A stretch of DNA of 51,155 nt from Bigelowiella natans CCMP2755 (taxonomy: Eukaryota; Protista; Cercozoa), in assembly GCA_000320545.1 (NCBI GenBank), contig ADNK01001801.1, positions 1 through 51,155 of the forward strand, read 5' to 3'. The translations under genes were made by a program, and so were the position numbers. Shown piece after piece: positions 13,201 to 23,099 of this stretch (position 1 is the first letter of the stretch; each line of letters opens with the position of its first letter). A model generated the notes under the pieces. The model made no database searches. It was given only the letters and a program-made list of their open reading frames with translations, and had not been told where the DNA came from.

Positions 13201-15262
13201 GCAGACTGCAGCTTGGATACTACGTAGGTTCTCCCCTACCTACGCTAGGACTGCAGCTGCTTTTACTACTGCTTACCGGAAGGAGAACTCTGTAGGCCTC
13301 AGCTTCGCTAAGGTGTGGGCCAAGGCTGGCCTTGATGCCCACTTCGATAACCTAATAAAGTTATGCAGCAACACCCTATTGAATGCTAAGCTAGACACTA
13401 CTAGACCAGCTACCCTATGGACAGACTGGTCTAAGCTAGGTATGGCTGCTGTACTTACCCAAGACCAGCAGATCATACGGGTGTGGGGCAGGGCCTGCAC
13501 AGCAGCTGAGGCCAAGTACAGCCCTACAAAAGGAGAGTATAAAGCCATGACTGAGGCGCAGAGGAAACTAAGATACTACCTGCTGTCGGTGCCCAGCTTC
13601 ACCTTAATGACTGACCACAAGCCCCTCCTAGGCATCGACCGCAAGCTCGAAGCGCCTAACGATGAGTATGCAGCTATGAGGGCGGACACGGAAGAGTTTA
13701 GGGACAAGAGGACAGTGGTCTACGCACCAGGAGACAAGCAGCTTGCTGACTATTTCAGCAGGCTGTTCGAAAAGAAAGTCCCTACCCAGGTCACCCCTAT
13801 GGTTAACGCGATTACCTTCGAGGACGGCGACTTCCTGCCTGAGCCAGAGGAGCTCCAGCACCTTCAAGAACACCTGGATAAATACAAACACAAGCATGAG
13901 GTACTTAGTGATAGGATATATGTATACACTAATAATGTTAGGCGTACCTACGTGCCACGGCGGACCAGGGGAGCCCTTCTCTTTACCGCCCATGGACCTG
14001 CACACGTAGGAGAAAACCATATCACTGCTCTACTCTACCATTACTACTGGCCCTACAAGCTAAAAGAGATAAGGACATACCTGCGTGGCTGCAGGTGCTC
14101 CAGCTTGAAGGCGGCAGGCGTCGCCACCAAGGAGTCCAGCAAGAGCCGTGCATCTAAGAAAATCAAAGCAAGGAACTTCTTAGATATCGTGCAAATTGAT
14201 GTTTATAAGTACGATGGCTATCACTACCTTACCTTCGTTGATGTGGCCACTGGAAAGTGCTGGGTTAAAAAGATTATCAAGGTCAACGTTGCTAAGAAGA
14301 ACAAAGGCTTATATAAGCAGAGGCTTACTAACTGCTACCGTACCTGGGAGTCTGAGCTCCAGGCTATCCCTGATGAAGTTAGCATAAACAAGATACCAAA
14401 GAAGTTACATGTGGATAATGAGACCTCTCTTCTACAGCTACCACACCCTAATATTGATGCCTCACCTGTATACTATGCCCAGTCCAACTCCAAGGTAGAG
14501 CGACTCCACCGCACCTTGGCCAACCTAAGCAGGATAAATAGCACCACACCAGACAAGATACAAGGGTTAGTAAACGACACCTTCACGTCTGGGGGAGGTA
14601 TCAAGGATAAGGAGAGGGAAGAAGGCGACGACAACGACGACGATACCGAGAGCGAAGACGAGAAGGTCCCGTACGATGGCCGAGTTCTAAAGGAAGGACA
14701 GTATGTTAGGGCCAAGGTAAATCTGAGATCGAGAAATAAACAAGACCCCTTCTGGGGTGGCGTTGCAAAGGTTACCGAGAGGAAGGGGAGGAAGCAGTAC
14801 TACATCTATGATGGGAACAGGGTCACCTTGCGCCACATCAGTCACCTAAAGAATTATGATATCGGTGAGAAGCTCCTAGAGGATGTTAAAGTAAACCCTA
14901 CTGTGTGGGAGCGAGCAATGCCTTGTTTAGGACCCCGACCTAAGTTCGATGTGGAATATGGAAACAATAAGGTCAGGGTGAACGACGATTGGCGCATGAA
15001 GATTGTCTATCTAGGCTACCCTGGATTACGAAATATGGAGAGGGTAGCTATGAAAATAAAGGACGGAAAATATCAGCTACTCTACCTAGCTGTTCCCGAC
15101 TTACCCTTTGAGCACTGGTATAAGGTCCTGGGGGACCTTGATGCAGAGGGCTGGTATGGACACGAACCTAAGGACGAAGGTGAGTTCTGGGTAAGCGACA
15201 AAGGAGATAAGGTTAGAGAGGAATCTATTACCTGGTGGTTGGTGAAGTTCCGAAAGCGATGA
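10289..15262 (+). CDS. Gag-Pol polyprotein, 1657 aa (Gag, Zn knuckle, aspartic protease, RT, RNase H, integrase, C-terminal extra domain)
   Basis: CGYCSRKGKHTAKDC knuckle; LWDSGS protease; SPWN...LD...PYGL...YVDD RT; TDWS...E...TDHKPL...ADYFSR RNase H; H-x3-H...CxC, QIDV...HVDN...SNSKVERLHRTL integrase DDE core. Confidence 0.97.
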   Translation: MSQQLEEQQDFGSQAVQGHEQKQERKGDTDAKEGGGTPPQAPPGPAPGIKKADAAAEALENFYEADDEDVAAESKKVVMALRALRPRASNYAKLKVSIEYKYQTHDVWAAIMQDIMDYEADLPPEWAALFRNDGGLGASRGTTQSTVKQQQPVQRNTQFMSVKTAPVMITKYNGKRGEARRWWKNARSILCDFTPNPTENDKLKWLAIIKQAMDLYETGRTRIRQLEKIHTTVSGLRDVEAIMKAFVNEQDANSLPQAIRKYRAMMQHEREPVRDFATRFQDMIDELHDFNYNTGDDQARFEEFKLKIKESTYVTEKGYTTMEAAVQAISLREQEQDRKFTSPKVPGIGNINAIKPQRDWYKDREGNRRCGYCSRKGKHTAKDCRDRKEGRPRMTIRQLNEHYEKLKRKKGRGQGYNNSKWQGSNNGKNNKYKNKKQNSINAIQQQINGILDHLKQAPTKTAVPATQDQDKPMTLDDIKNLGVCNINDEDANRTIKVAMTKVKVKDSYGDYKKLPALWDSGSMPKSFISLSTVRRLGLLDQVTKKERKYAQADGSSSMKTVGELMLKLQIPGSDAETQIKTRVAMTLSMELLLGQDALEKLGGIISFYNHKIYFAKLPKKSGRTISQNMIRLDEWTSESSVNALEFMDLADNKLPTPTELRKKNPGKTIRQITELLDKTPPADDWDIDKGKKYINKILNEKYSDITKPTTKPSSKLTPVKIELKKGYEECIINDPEHRRPEADWEKIEWQINEWAKEGKIEPSNSPWNVRHVLAKKPTYPFFRLAHNFIRHNRVIKRIQTPTPRIDDVIEHVIGYKYYSSLDKNESYMQTPIHKTSRPITAFSSRHRKWHFVVFPYGLSISGDAFSSQNYRAYTHDGMASVLWVFVFVYVDDDIICTNTVVAQIFLLENIFIRFAHFGFTIRLQKCTFLATRIKWCGYYLEQGRITPNPEKVAALQQAPKPKNAKELKSFLQTAAWILRRFSPTYARTAAAFTTAYRKENSVGLSFAKVWAKAGLDAHFDNLIKLCSNTLLNAKLDTTRPATLWTDWSKLGMAAVLTQDQQIIRVWGRACTAAEAKYSPTKGEYKAMTEAQRKLRYYLLSVPSFTLMTDHKPLLGIDRKLEAPNDEYAAMRADTEEFRDKRTVVYAPGDKQLADYFSRLFEKKVPTQVTPMVNAITFEDGDFLPEPEELQHLQEHLDKYKHKHEVLSDRIYVYTNNVRRTYVPRRTRGALLFTAHGPAHVGENHITALLYHYYWPYKLKEIRTYLRGCRCSSLKAAGVATKESSKSRASKKIKARNFLDIVQIDVYKYDGYHYLTFVDVATGKCWVKKIIKVNVAKKNKGLYKQRLTNCYRTWESELQAIPDEVSINKIPKKLHVDNETSLLQLPHPNIDASPVYYAQSNSKVERLHRTLANLSRINSTTPDKIQGLVNDTFTSGGGIKDKEREEGDDNDDDTESEDEKVPYDGRVLKEGQYVRAKVNLRSRNKQDPFWGGVAKVTERKGRKQYYIYDGNRVTLRHISHLKNYDIGEKLLEDVKVNPTVWERAMPCLGPRPKFDVEYGNNKVRVNDDWRMKIVYLGYPGLRNMERVAMKIKDGKYQLLYLAVPDLPFEHWYKVLGDLDAEGWYGHEPKDEGEFWVSDKGDKVREESITWWLVKFRKR

Positions 15263-15268
15263 AGGTCT

Positions 15269-15313
15269 AAGGGAATAAGGAAGGAAGGAAGGAGCAACGT
15301 GACTTGGGGGAGG
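15269..15313 (+). promoter_or_regulatory. Polypurine tract region
   Basis: GGGGGAGG immediately abuts the 3' LTR (15306-15313), preceded by purine-rich AAGGGAATAAGGAAGGAAGGAAGGAG. Confidence 0.8.
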
Positions 15314-15639
15314 TGTAGCGCGTACCACTACGCGGGCACAAGTCACGTGCGACAACAAAGGGGTTGTCGCGGATATAGAATATAGATAACGTAGATATTA
15401 ATACAGCATAGGCACGTGGGTTCCGGCGGGACTCATGGCAGCACACCGGAAGTGTGCTGCCCCACGTGCGGCGGCATTCGCGAAAGCTTCGCGAATGATT
15501 ACGCAGTGCACGATTTAATAAAAATATAATCTTTAATAAAAATAAACACAACTCTTCAAAAGGAAGCAAACGTGCCTTTCCCCCCCCCTGCCTACTTGTG
15601 CACGTAGCGCCTCGGCCTGTGAACACCTTACGCGCAACA
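15314..15639 (+). repeat. 3' LTR of copy A
   Basis: Matches 9924-10249 base for base by eye, including the C9 run. Confidence 0.97.
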
Positions 15640-16556
15640 AAAAGTACTGAGATTGGACACACAGAGAAGGTTCATAACAAAGGGAAATCATGGAACTGGA
15701 TCGGAAGACCACGGACGTTTCCAAACTTATCCACTGGGATGATGTAATGGACTCTCGTTGTCCAGGCCACATAGAAAGGGTGCAGCGTGTTTTACGTTCC
15801 GTGGTTCGTCCTCGAGCGATGATGGGTTGGCATTGGTCCGAATCGTGTCGTCCTTCCTTGCCTGTTATGCAGTAATATTGATCATTTCGATTGCGTATGT
15901 CTCAACGATGATGATTTTGACGATGATGAGCATGATGTAACGTGCTGACCCATCCGCAGATCCTGTCAAACGAAGATCTCTTCGAGAGCAGCAGGCAGGC
16001 AGGGTGTGTTCCCTTCTGAGCGAAGAGATACTGATCATATTGAATGCCGTCCATTTTCGACAATTTCCTTCAACTTTCTTAGGTCGCAGGATCGAAAAGC
16101 CATTCTCTCTGAATTCACCTGAAACGGCCCTGTCGCAGGTGCTCATCGCCTTGCAAACGGATCAAAGTTCTTCTCAACCCGAGCATTGAGCCGAAAAGCC
16201 AATTCGAAACGGCCTATAAAAGTAGTCTGAGACATAGAAATATTACGGAAACGAAAATCGCATGTTTAGGGAACCGAGGCCAGACTGTCACAGAATAGTT
16301 TGGCAGAATCAGACCACGTACTCGCCCCCACTCGAGCAAATTCCCCTCATAAGGAGGAGAAGATAAGCATACGGGTACAGCTTAGGAAGGATGCAAATCG
16401 CATGAAGGCTCGTAGCTATCGTGTGTGGGGATATGTATGTAGCGTTGCAACGGCGTCGGCATTTACCCCACACAGAAATATATTGCTTCCAGGTGTGATA
16501 CGGCGGGGGGTTGCACTACACTCAATTGGGAAACAACGTCATCGTATCGTTCGAAC

Positions 16557-17228
16557 ATGAAGCGCGAGGGCAAGAAGGCGCACGGGCGAGTTGTTCTCAC
16601 GGATGAGATGCTACGATGGGTCGGGTTTGTCTCTGGCGCCATTGCTGGAATCAGCAGGGTGATGGTAGGCCATCCCTTTGACACCCTCAAGGTGTACATG
16701 CGGCCGAGTAGTAGTTGGAAATACTGTTCGCTTCACCCGCATTTCTCCGCCCCTCTCATTTCTAACACCCACTCCACTCTCCTATCCCCGTTCTGTCAGG
16801 TTCGGCTGCAGACAGGGGGCACTCTGCTGCCGGAGACGTCCTTGCGAGGACTCTCCTCGTTATATCGGGGAATACTCCCCCCGCTCTTTTCTGTCGGCTT
16901 CTCCACGTCAACAAACTTCGGAATATATGAAAACACAAGGTATTGCGCTGTATTAATGTTAAATCTTCGAAAGAGAATATTTTGCTACTTAAATATAGCG
17001 GTGGAGTGAATCGCTCTAGCTGTAGCTATTTGTAATACCCACACGCATACACGCCCTCGCTCTCTCCCCCCCCCCCCCCAACCATCGGTTGCGCCACCTC
17101 CCATCGTATTCTGCGATCCTCGTACGAATGAAGCTAGTATAGACATAAATGCATGAATGTATGCACGCACACACACGCACACACACACACACACACACAC
17201 TTAGAATGGTTTATATGTGTGTGTGTGT

Positions 17229-17265
<37 letters not shown>

Positions 17266-17731
17266 GTTGTGTTTCACATATAATCTCTGTGGTGTGTGTG
17301 TGGGGGGTCGCTGCAAGGTTGAGCTTATTGCACCGAAGAGAACCCACGACAATATGGGGACACGTAGCACTCGAATTTATCGCAGGTAGCCAAATAGCAT
17401 CCTGAGACATGATAAATCTCGAAGTACTGTTTCCGTGTACATCCCTCAACGTGCTACTTTCCAAAGGTACTGTTGCTGGATCAGTAATGGCGCTGGCATT
17501 GATTCCCCTCGAAAATGCCAAGGTCAAGGAAGCATCATATTGTGAAGAACTTTTTTGTGAGTTTTCCCCAAAGTGAGAATCGTACACCGATAACGTGACT
17601 TTTGTTGCTATTCCAAATCAATATAAGGTGATACAGCAGACTTCATCGGAGTCGCGAGGCACTGTAGGATGGCTCCGAACCCTGTCCGTGCATATTATAG
17701 CAGTGAGAGGAGGGGGGATAGCGTACAGAAA

Positions 17732-17800
<69 letters not shown>

Positions 17801-17892
17801 GGGGGGAGGGGACTACTCATAGAATTCTGAGCAACACTAAATTCTGGAGTTGAAGCAGAACGCTGAGACGACTGTTGCGTCGCAGCTTCCCC

Positions 17893-17929
<37 letters not shown>

Positions 17930-19110
17930 CTCTTCGTCAGAATTCTGTATTTCTTCACCTTATGCTGTTTACGTGGTTTATTGGAAAATTAATCAAGGTA
18001 TTCACGCCGCGGGATTAAGGCATGGTATCGAGGTGTTGTGCCACATCTCTTCCAAGCAGGGGTTGCTTCTCTTACGATGTTACGAAATATATCATGTCAC
18101 GAAAACAATACCAAACATATTGAGAACAGCGTCATGGCGCATTGAACATGAACATCAAGATGATCGTCATTATCATCATCATCCTTTCACATCATCGACC
18201 GTCAGGCTGGCAGGGGTTTCTACCTCAGCGCATACTTCATCGTGAAAGCAGCAGAAGACGGCAAGATTCTGAAAGACACCATCCCACAGAGATTTCGTGA
18301 TAATCTTTCCTCCTCTACCGTCCACGGAAAGATCGCAGCAGCAGCATGTGCTGGGGTATATCTAACCCCCCCCCCCCCCCCCCTTACGATTGTCTGGGCA
18401 ATTATTCATTTTTGTTGTAGCACTGAACCAAATATACGTGCTCGGGTAACTGATCATCGTATTCATAATACCCGTTCTTTCAACGGCACATACATAGATT
18501 GCAGGCTGGTCGTTCACGTATCCTTTCGATGTTACGCGTAGCAATATGATGCGCGACTGGCGCTTGGAACATCACAAGACGACTTTCGGGTGATAGGTGG
18601 TGAGGGAAGGGGGAAGATTATAGCATTCTGTCGATGAGATTCTCGTCATCTTTATTGGAATTTCAACATCGTGTTGTGTAAGGTCTCCCCATCCCTTATC
18701 CACATTCTCTTGTTTCTTCATTTCTCTCTCTCTATCTCTCTCTTGCCCGCATGAATACTCCACCGTAGGTGTATGCGCTCGCTAGTTCAGAAGGGGGGGA
18801 TAGCCCAACTTTATGCCGGATTCGGGTGAGATTTCGACAAAAATCAGCAATACCGACGGGCTATAGAGCGTTTTCCAAATTCACAGATAGTCCTACCAAA
18901 ACAGAAGAAAACCACAGGGTGTTCCCTGTTCCAGTGCTTGCGGCACGCACATCAATTGTCTAGGATGATCAGGCCAATGGCTAATTACTTTCTGAATGCA
19001 GGTTCACACTGTTACGATCGATACCGGTTGCTTGCGTTGCATTGCCCTCGTATGACATATCGCGAAGATGGATGCTAAGGGCTTTATCATATGACGCCAA
19101 CCATTGCTAA
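16557..19110 (+). CDS. Mitochondrial carrier family (SLC25) protein, carnitine/ornithine-carrier-like, multi-exon
   Basis: Three PX[DE]XX[KR] signatures: GHPFDTLKVRLQ (16668-16810, intron-split), IPLENAK (~17502-17522), TYPFDVTR (~18515-18540). Also LYRGILPPL, GGIAQLYAGFG, and final exon FTLLRSIPVACVALPSYD...TAA at 19110. Confidence 0.9.
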
Positions 19111-19670
19111 TAGGGCACAGAAGCCTGAAATATTAAAATGATGAGGGCATTCTAGCATTGCGTAGCTATTGGAATGAATGCTTGAATTTTTGGATGATTT
19201 GTTGCCTCGCAGTAGCAATGAATGCTCTGAAGAGTCACGAGCATGCACAGCGATTATTGGCAACCGTTTCATTTTTGCATGTGACTCTTAATGTATTATA
19301 TGAGAAAATCCAAGGATCTATGCAAGATTTTCCCGCAAATAATTTGACTTGAATGCAAGTCCAAACGCATGCACACCTACTAAATCTAGACACGCGTGCA
19401 TTAGCCTTTGTATTTGCGTCGCTAGAGCACATACGAATACGAAGCGCGTAATTCAGAGTCATGGCGTTGTATTTCGCGCAGGCATGGGGCATTGGCAATG
19501 ATTACTTTAACATGTAATCCAACCCAGTGCAATATTATATAGACTCTGTCAAGATGCACACACAAATCGATACTATCTAGGGTGCTCACAAAGCTTCACA
19601 GGCTGTTCAAATTTTGACGCTAATTTTCGGTCACCACTGTATGTTAGTCTTCTGTGCGAATCTTGCTTAC

Positions 19671-21125
19671 TTATTTGTCGCAAGAGAGAACGAAGTACCC
19701 ATCTTTGGTATGGCCCGTCGCGAGCGAGAATAAGTCATCATTCTTCTCCAAACGCCATGTTGTGGGCCCGCAAGGGCTGCTCCTGAGCTTCGGGTCATCA
19801 GTTCGCAGTTTATTCTCTTCACAAACGGCTCCGTTTGTGTTAGGGCCAGATTTGTAAAACATATTACCCTGCTGGCCTGCCTGAGTGAGTCCACTAATCA
19901 CGCTATCACTTCCGTCATTATCATCCATATCAATAGCAATGTTTAGTGTCGGAGCATAATGGGTGCTGGCAGGATGCCAGCTTGTGCGTGTAGGGATTAC
20001 TTCCAGGGCTAGTGCATTCTTGCCGTTGAAGCGGGGGCAGGAACAAGAAACTTCGTGATTGTGCTTCCCTGGGCTAGTACATGCATCTCCAAAGTCGCCT
20101 GTATCACCAAGAAAATGGCTGCTACTTGCATCGAGATAGTAAACGTTGAAAGATTTCACGGTTTCGTTTACGCGCCAATTGTCCATTGTCTCGTGAGATA
20201 GATGGGCGATCATCACAGTGCTACCGCACTTGAACCCAACAGCACGGGTGTAGTGATGTCCATTGACGCTGTTATAGAAGCATGACTGAATGCTTTGTTC
20301 GCCCTTCCCCAATCCGACGTTGAGGTAGGCTCCTGGAGAGGACACAAAATAGGTGTTTCCTGAAAAATCCGTTATCATGGGGTCACCCTTCTGTTCGGAG
20401 TGCTTCTTCTTCCTCTTGCCGTGATACTTTTCGATCTTCCAAATCTTTTTCTTGATGCCTTCTTTAATCTTCTTTGCGATCTTCTTGAGCTTCTCCTTTC
20501 CGGATTTCTTGACCTTGTCCTCCTCTCGGTGTCTTTTCTTCTTGCTCCAATACTTCCATTTCCATGTGAATTTCTTCCTTGGAAACGTTGTCATGAGCAT
20601 CTCAGAATCATCATCCTCTTCTTGCCCCTCTTCCTCTACGACAACTGCCTCTGTTGCTACATTCTCACCACTGTCGCAGCTCACACTGCTCTCTCCACCC
20701 CTCTTCAAAGTCCATATTATGGAGGATCCAGAGGGATGGGAAATGCGAAGATCTGCTGCGCTGGCTGGTGTAATAACAAGACCCCCGTCCTCTTCTTGGA
20801 AGCATGATGTAGTATCCGTACCGCATGACCATTCAAATTTTGCGCCAGAAGACTTGGACAAGGTGACAGGACCTTGCTGGAAGTTGCATGTGAAGGCGAA
20901 GTCGTTAACGGCGCGGAATGCCTCATTATTCACACCATCGTTGACAGTAATGTTGCCTCTGAGATAAGAGGCACCAAAGAGGAGTTTGAGCGAATACACA
21001 GATTCGGTTTGTGGCTGGCGATCCAAGATGGCAATGGATGACACTTGATGATGGGACCTCCACAAAGCAGTAACAGATTGGTGGGAGGAGAGAGCAAAGA
21101 CGAGCGACGAGAGCAACATACTCAT
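19671..21125 (-). CDS. Intronless 484-aa predicted secreted protein with acidic/Lys-rich linker and VWD-like C-terminal domain
   Basis: Uninterrupted ORF; N-terminal hydrophobic signal (MLLSSLVFALSS). GDPMITDFSGNTYF resembles the GDPHxxTFDGxxYxF opening of von Willebrand factor type D domains and is followed by a Cys-containing domain. Confidence 0.75.
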   Translation of the reverse strand: MSMLLSSLVFALSSHQSVTALWRSHHQVSSIAILDRQPQTESVYSLKLLFGASYLRGNITVNDGVNNEAFRAVNDFAFTCNFQQGPVTLSKSSGAKFEWSCGTDTTSCFQEEDGGLVITPASAADLRISHPSGSSIIWTLKRGGESSVSCDSGENVATEAVVVEEEGQEEDDDSEMLMTTFPRKKFTWKWKYWSKKKRHREEDKVKKSGKEKLKKIAKKIKEGIKKKIWKIEKYHGKRKKKHSEQKGDPMITDFSGNTYFVSSPGAYLNVGLGKGEQSIQSCFYNSVNGHHYTRAVGFKCGSTVMIAHLSHETMDNWRVNETVKSFNVYYLDASSSHFLGDTGDFGDACTSPGKHNHEVSCSCPRFNGKNALALEVIPTRTSWHPASTHYAPTLNIAIDMDDNDGSDSVISGLTQAGQQGNMFYKSGPNTNGAVCEENKLRTDDPKLRSSPCGPTTWRLEKNDDLFSLATGHTKDGYFVLSCDK

Positions 21126-22269
21126 GATAGAGGCGCAGGGAGGCTTTTGCTGAGATTTGAGATTTGGATCAGACTCCCTAATTCGGATTTGGTAGCGAGA
21201 TGGCAGGGCAAAGTGAGATGTGATGGACTCATTTCTTCCTGGTTGAGCACACGGTAGGCCATTTTGCGGATTCTTTTGAGAGGAGAGCGAACAACTGGAG
21301 TTTTCTCCTAGAACCTTTTTCCACCATAGTGCTGCAAGAGGTCATCGATCCATGCTGCGCAAAATCGTCACATTCCTTGATCTGTGCAAGGCAATACCAA
21401 CGAAACTGATATATCTTGGTGCTGCATAATGAACACTGGAACCAGACGACAACAAAAGTGTGCGTTGCAGCGATCCATCATCTCCTGCCGGCAGTGCCGA
21501 AAATCTTCGTAATCCCCGGTGTTATTGTCGCGAAAATCGGCAGGATCATCGGCAGGCCGATGGCGTTCATGCTTGTGCACACCCCTTCGTCCATTGTCCT
21601 CTTTCCAGCAGTTCCCAGTCACAACTTCGAGGTTGAAGCTTTTGCTCTAGCACTCCCGAACACGTGCTCACAATGCCACGTGGTCACATTGCTACAGTTG
21701 GTCCGCCTAACAAGCGAATCCAACTGGCCAAACTTTCGGCGTGTGTGCCTTTGCCTTGTTCGTCACATTCTCAATGTCATGATCGTGCATCCATGCACAT
21801 GCAGATTGTTCATTCACACCTGCTAGCCTGCATGACGCATCGCATTTTGCTCGTTTGCATGCTGAGAACACGATTGTTTGCTAGTTTGGTTCTGGAGTTG
21901 TGCAGTTGGGTCCAGCTAGCCAGGGGTCCAGTCTGGCAGTGCTGGAGTGGGTGCTATGCGACAGCTGGACAGGTCCAGAGGTGGTCAATTTGCGTCGCCA
22001 ACTTGATCGATTGGGCACCAATCTCGAGAAATGCTAGCTTTTTGCACACAGCCATGATCTTTGACGAAGCATGCATCATCATCATGATCTGTCTTCCGAA
22101 TGAGATGGTTTCATGGAGAGTCTTTTGGTGTTTGACGCGTCAGCAGCAGCTGAGTAGCAATGCACATGAGCAATGAGCAACGCTTCGAAACACCAGATGA
22201 TTGACTACACATTTAGAATGGTCCAAATCTGTGTCATTTTCACGCTGAATATGGTGATGTGGGTCTTTG

Positions 22270-22620
22270 CTACAAAAAATATTGCAGATAATCTTCTTGT
22301 TCTGCTGTGCCGGAGCAACCTAAATCTACTGAATTCTTTGTTTCATCTATGACAAGGTTTTGTATTTCGTCTCCATCCTCAAAAAGGAACAAACAAGTAC
22401 CATCATCATGCATTTTTTTAATGAAGCCGGTGCACCAAATTTTTCTTCCACATGCCAATGTCCATTTTCCAAGCTTGTATCCATGTTTAATGCATCCCTT
22501 AATTCTGTAACGTACTTTTTTCGAATTCGTAACATTTGGAGATTTTTTAGAGGTTGCTAAAATCAAAGGAATGTTAGTCGGTCCTTTCCATCCCAGCCAA
22601 TAGAATTGGCGCCTGATTAT
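22270..22620 (-). pseudogene. Fragment encoding a Tudor-like beta-barrel
   Basis: WCTGFIKKMHDDGTCLFLFEDGDE matches the pattern W/Y-x-G-x-I...DGT-x-x-x-x-F-[DE]DGD of Tudor-like domains. No clean gene structure. Confidence 0.4.
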
Positions 22621-22764
22621 TACAGGGGAGACATTAAGCTTCAGGTTTGCTTTTAGATTGCTACATACAATTTTTGTACATCACAAATGATGTGAATTAT
22701 GATAGCTTGATACCTGACGTCCCATTCTCGAATCTTTTGGTTACAAAACTGACGAAAGGCTAGG

Positions 22765-23079
22765 CGTGTAAAAGGACTCCAGAGCTTTATTGAGAAATCG
22801 TTATCGGATGGGTAAGCTAGACTGTTTGTGGATGATGCTGATATTGATGGAAAGACAGTTTTGATGTGGGCTGCTTTTCACAACCGCTTAGCAGTTGCGC
22901 AATACCTTCTTTTGGAAGGCGCGGATATAGGATTGAGGGATAAAGTGGGCAAAAGCGCTGAAGATTGGGCTCTTGAGGGGAATGCAACAATTTTAGCTCG
23001 ATATCTTAACGAAGTGATGGCTCTTATCCATCTCACTTCTAAATTTTGGAATAGGATGGGAGTAGGTTTGGCAATGTAG
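22765..23079 (+). pseudogene. Ankyrin-repeat gene fragment
   Basis: DIDGKTVLMWAAFHNRLAVAQYLLLEGADIGLRDKVGKSAEDWA is a clear ankyrin repeat. In-frame TAA (22813-22815) just upstream and no start codon. Confidence 0.7.
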
Positions 23080-23099
23080 TTTTGACATCCAACTTGAAT

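Larger units (their letters stand above)
9924..15639 (+). mobile_element. Full-length, apparently intact Ty3/gypsy LTR retrotransposon (copy A)
   Basis: Direct 326-bp LTRs (9924-10249, 15314-15639), TG...CA ends, no differences seen between them. A-run flanks on both sides (AAAA TSD). PBS-like TGG 5 nt after the 5' LTR; polypurine tract before the 3' LTR. Single gag-pol ORF in PR-RT-RH-IN order. Confidence 0.97.

Noticed and set aside
10602-15358. Antisense and alternate-frame ORFs within gag-pol (mirrored in copy B)
   Set aside because: Shadows of the polyprotein codon pattern; no motifs.
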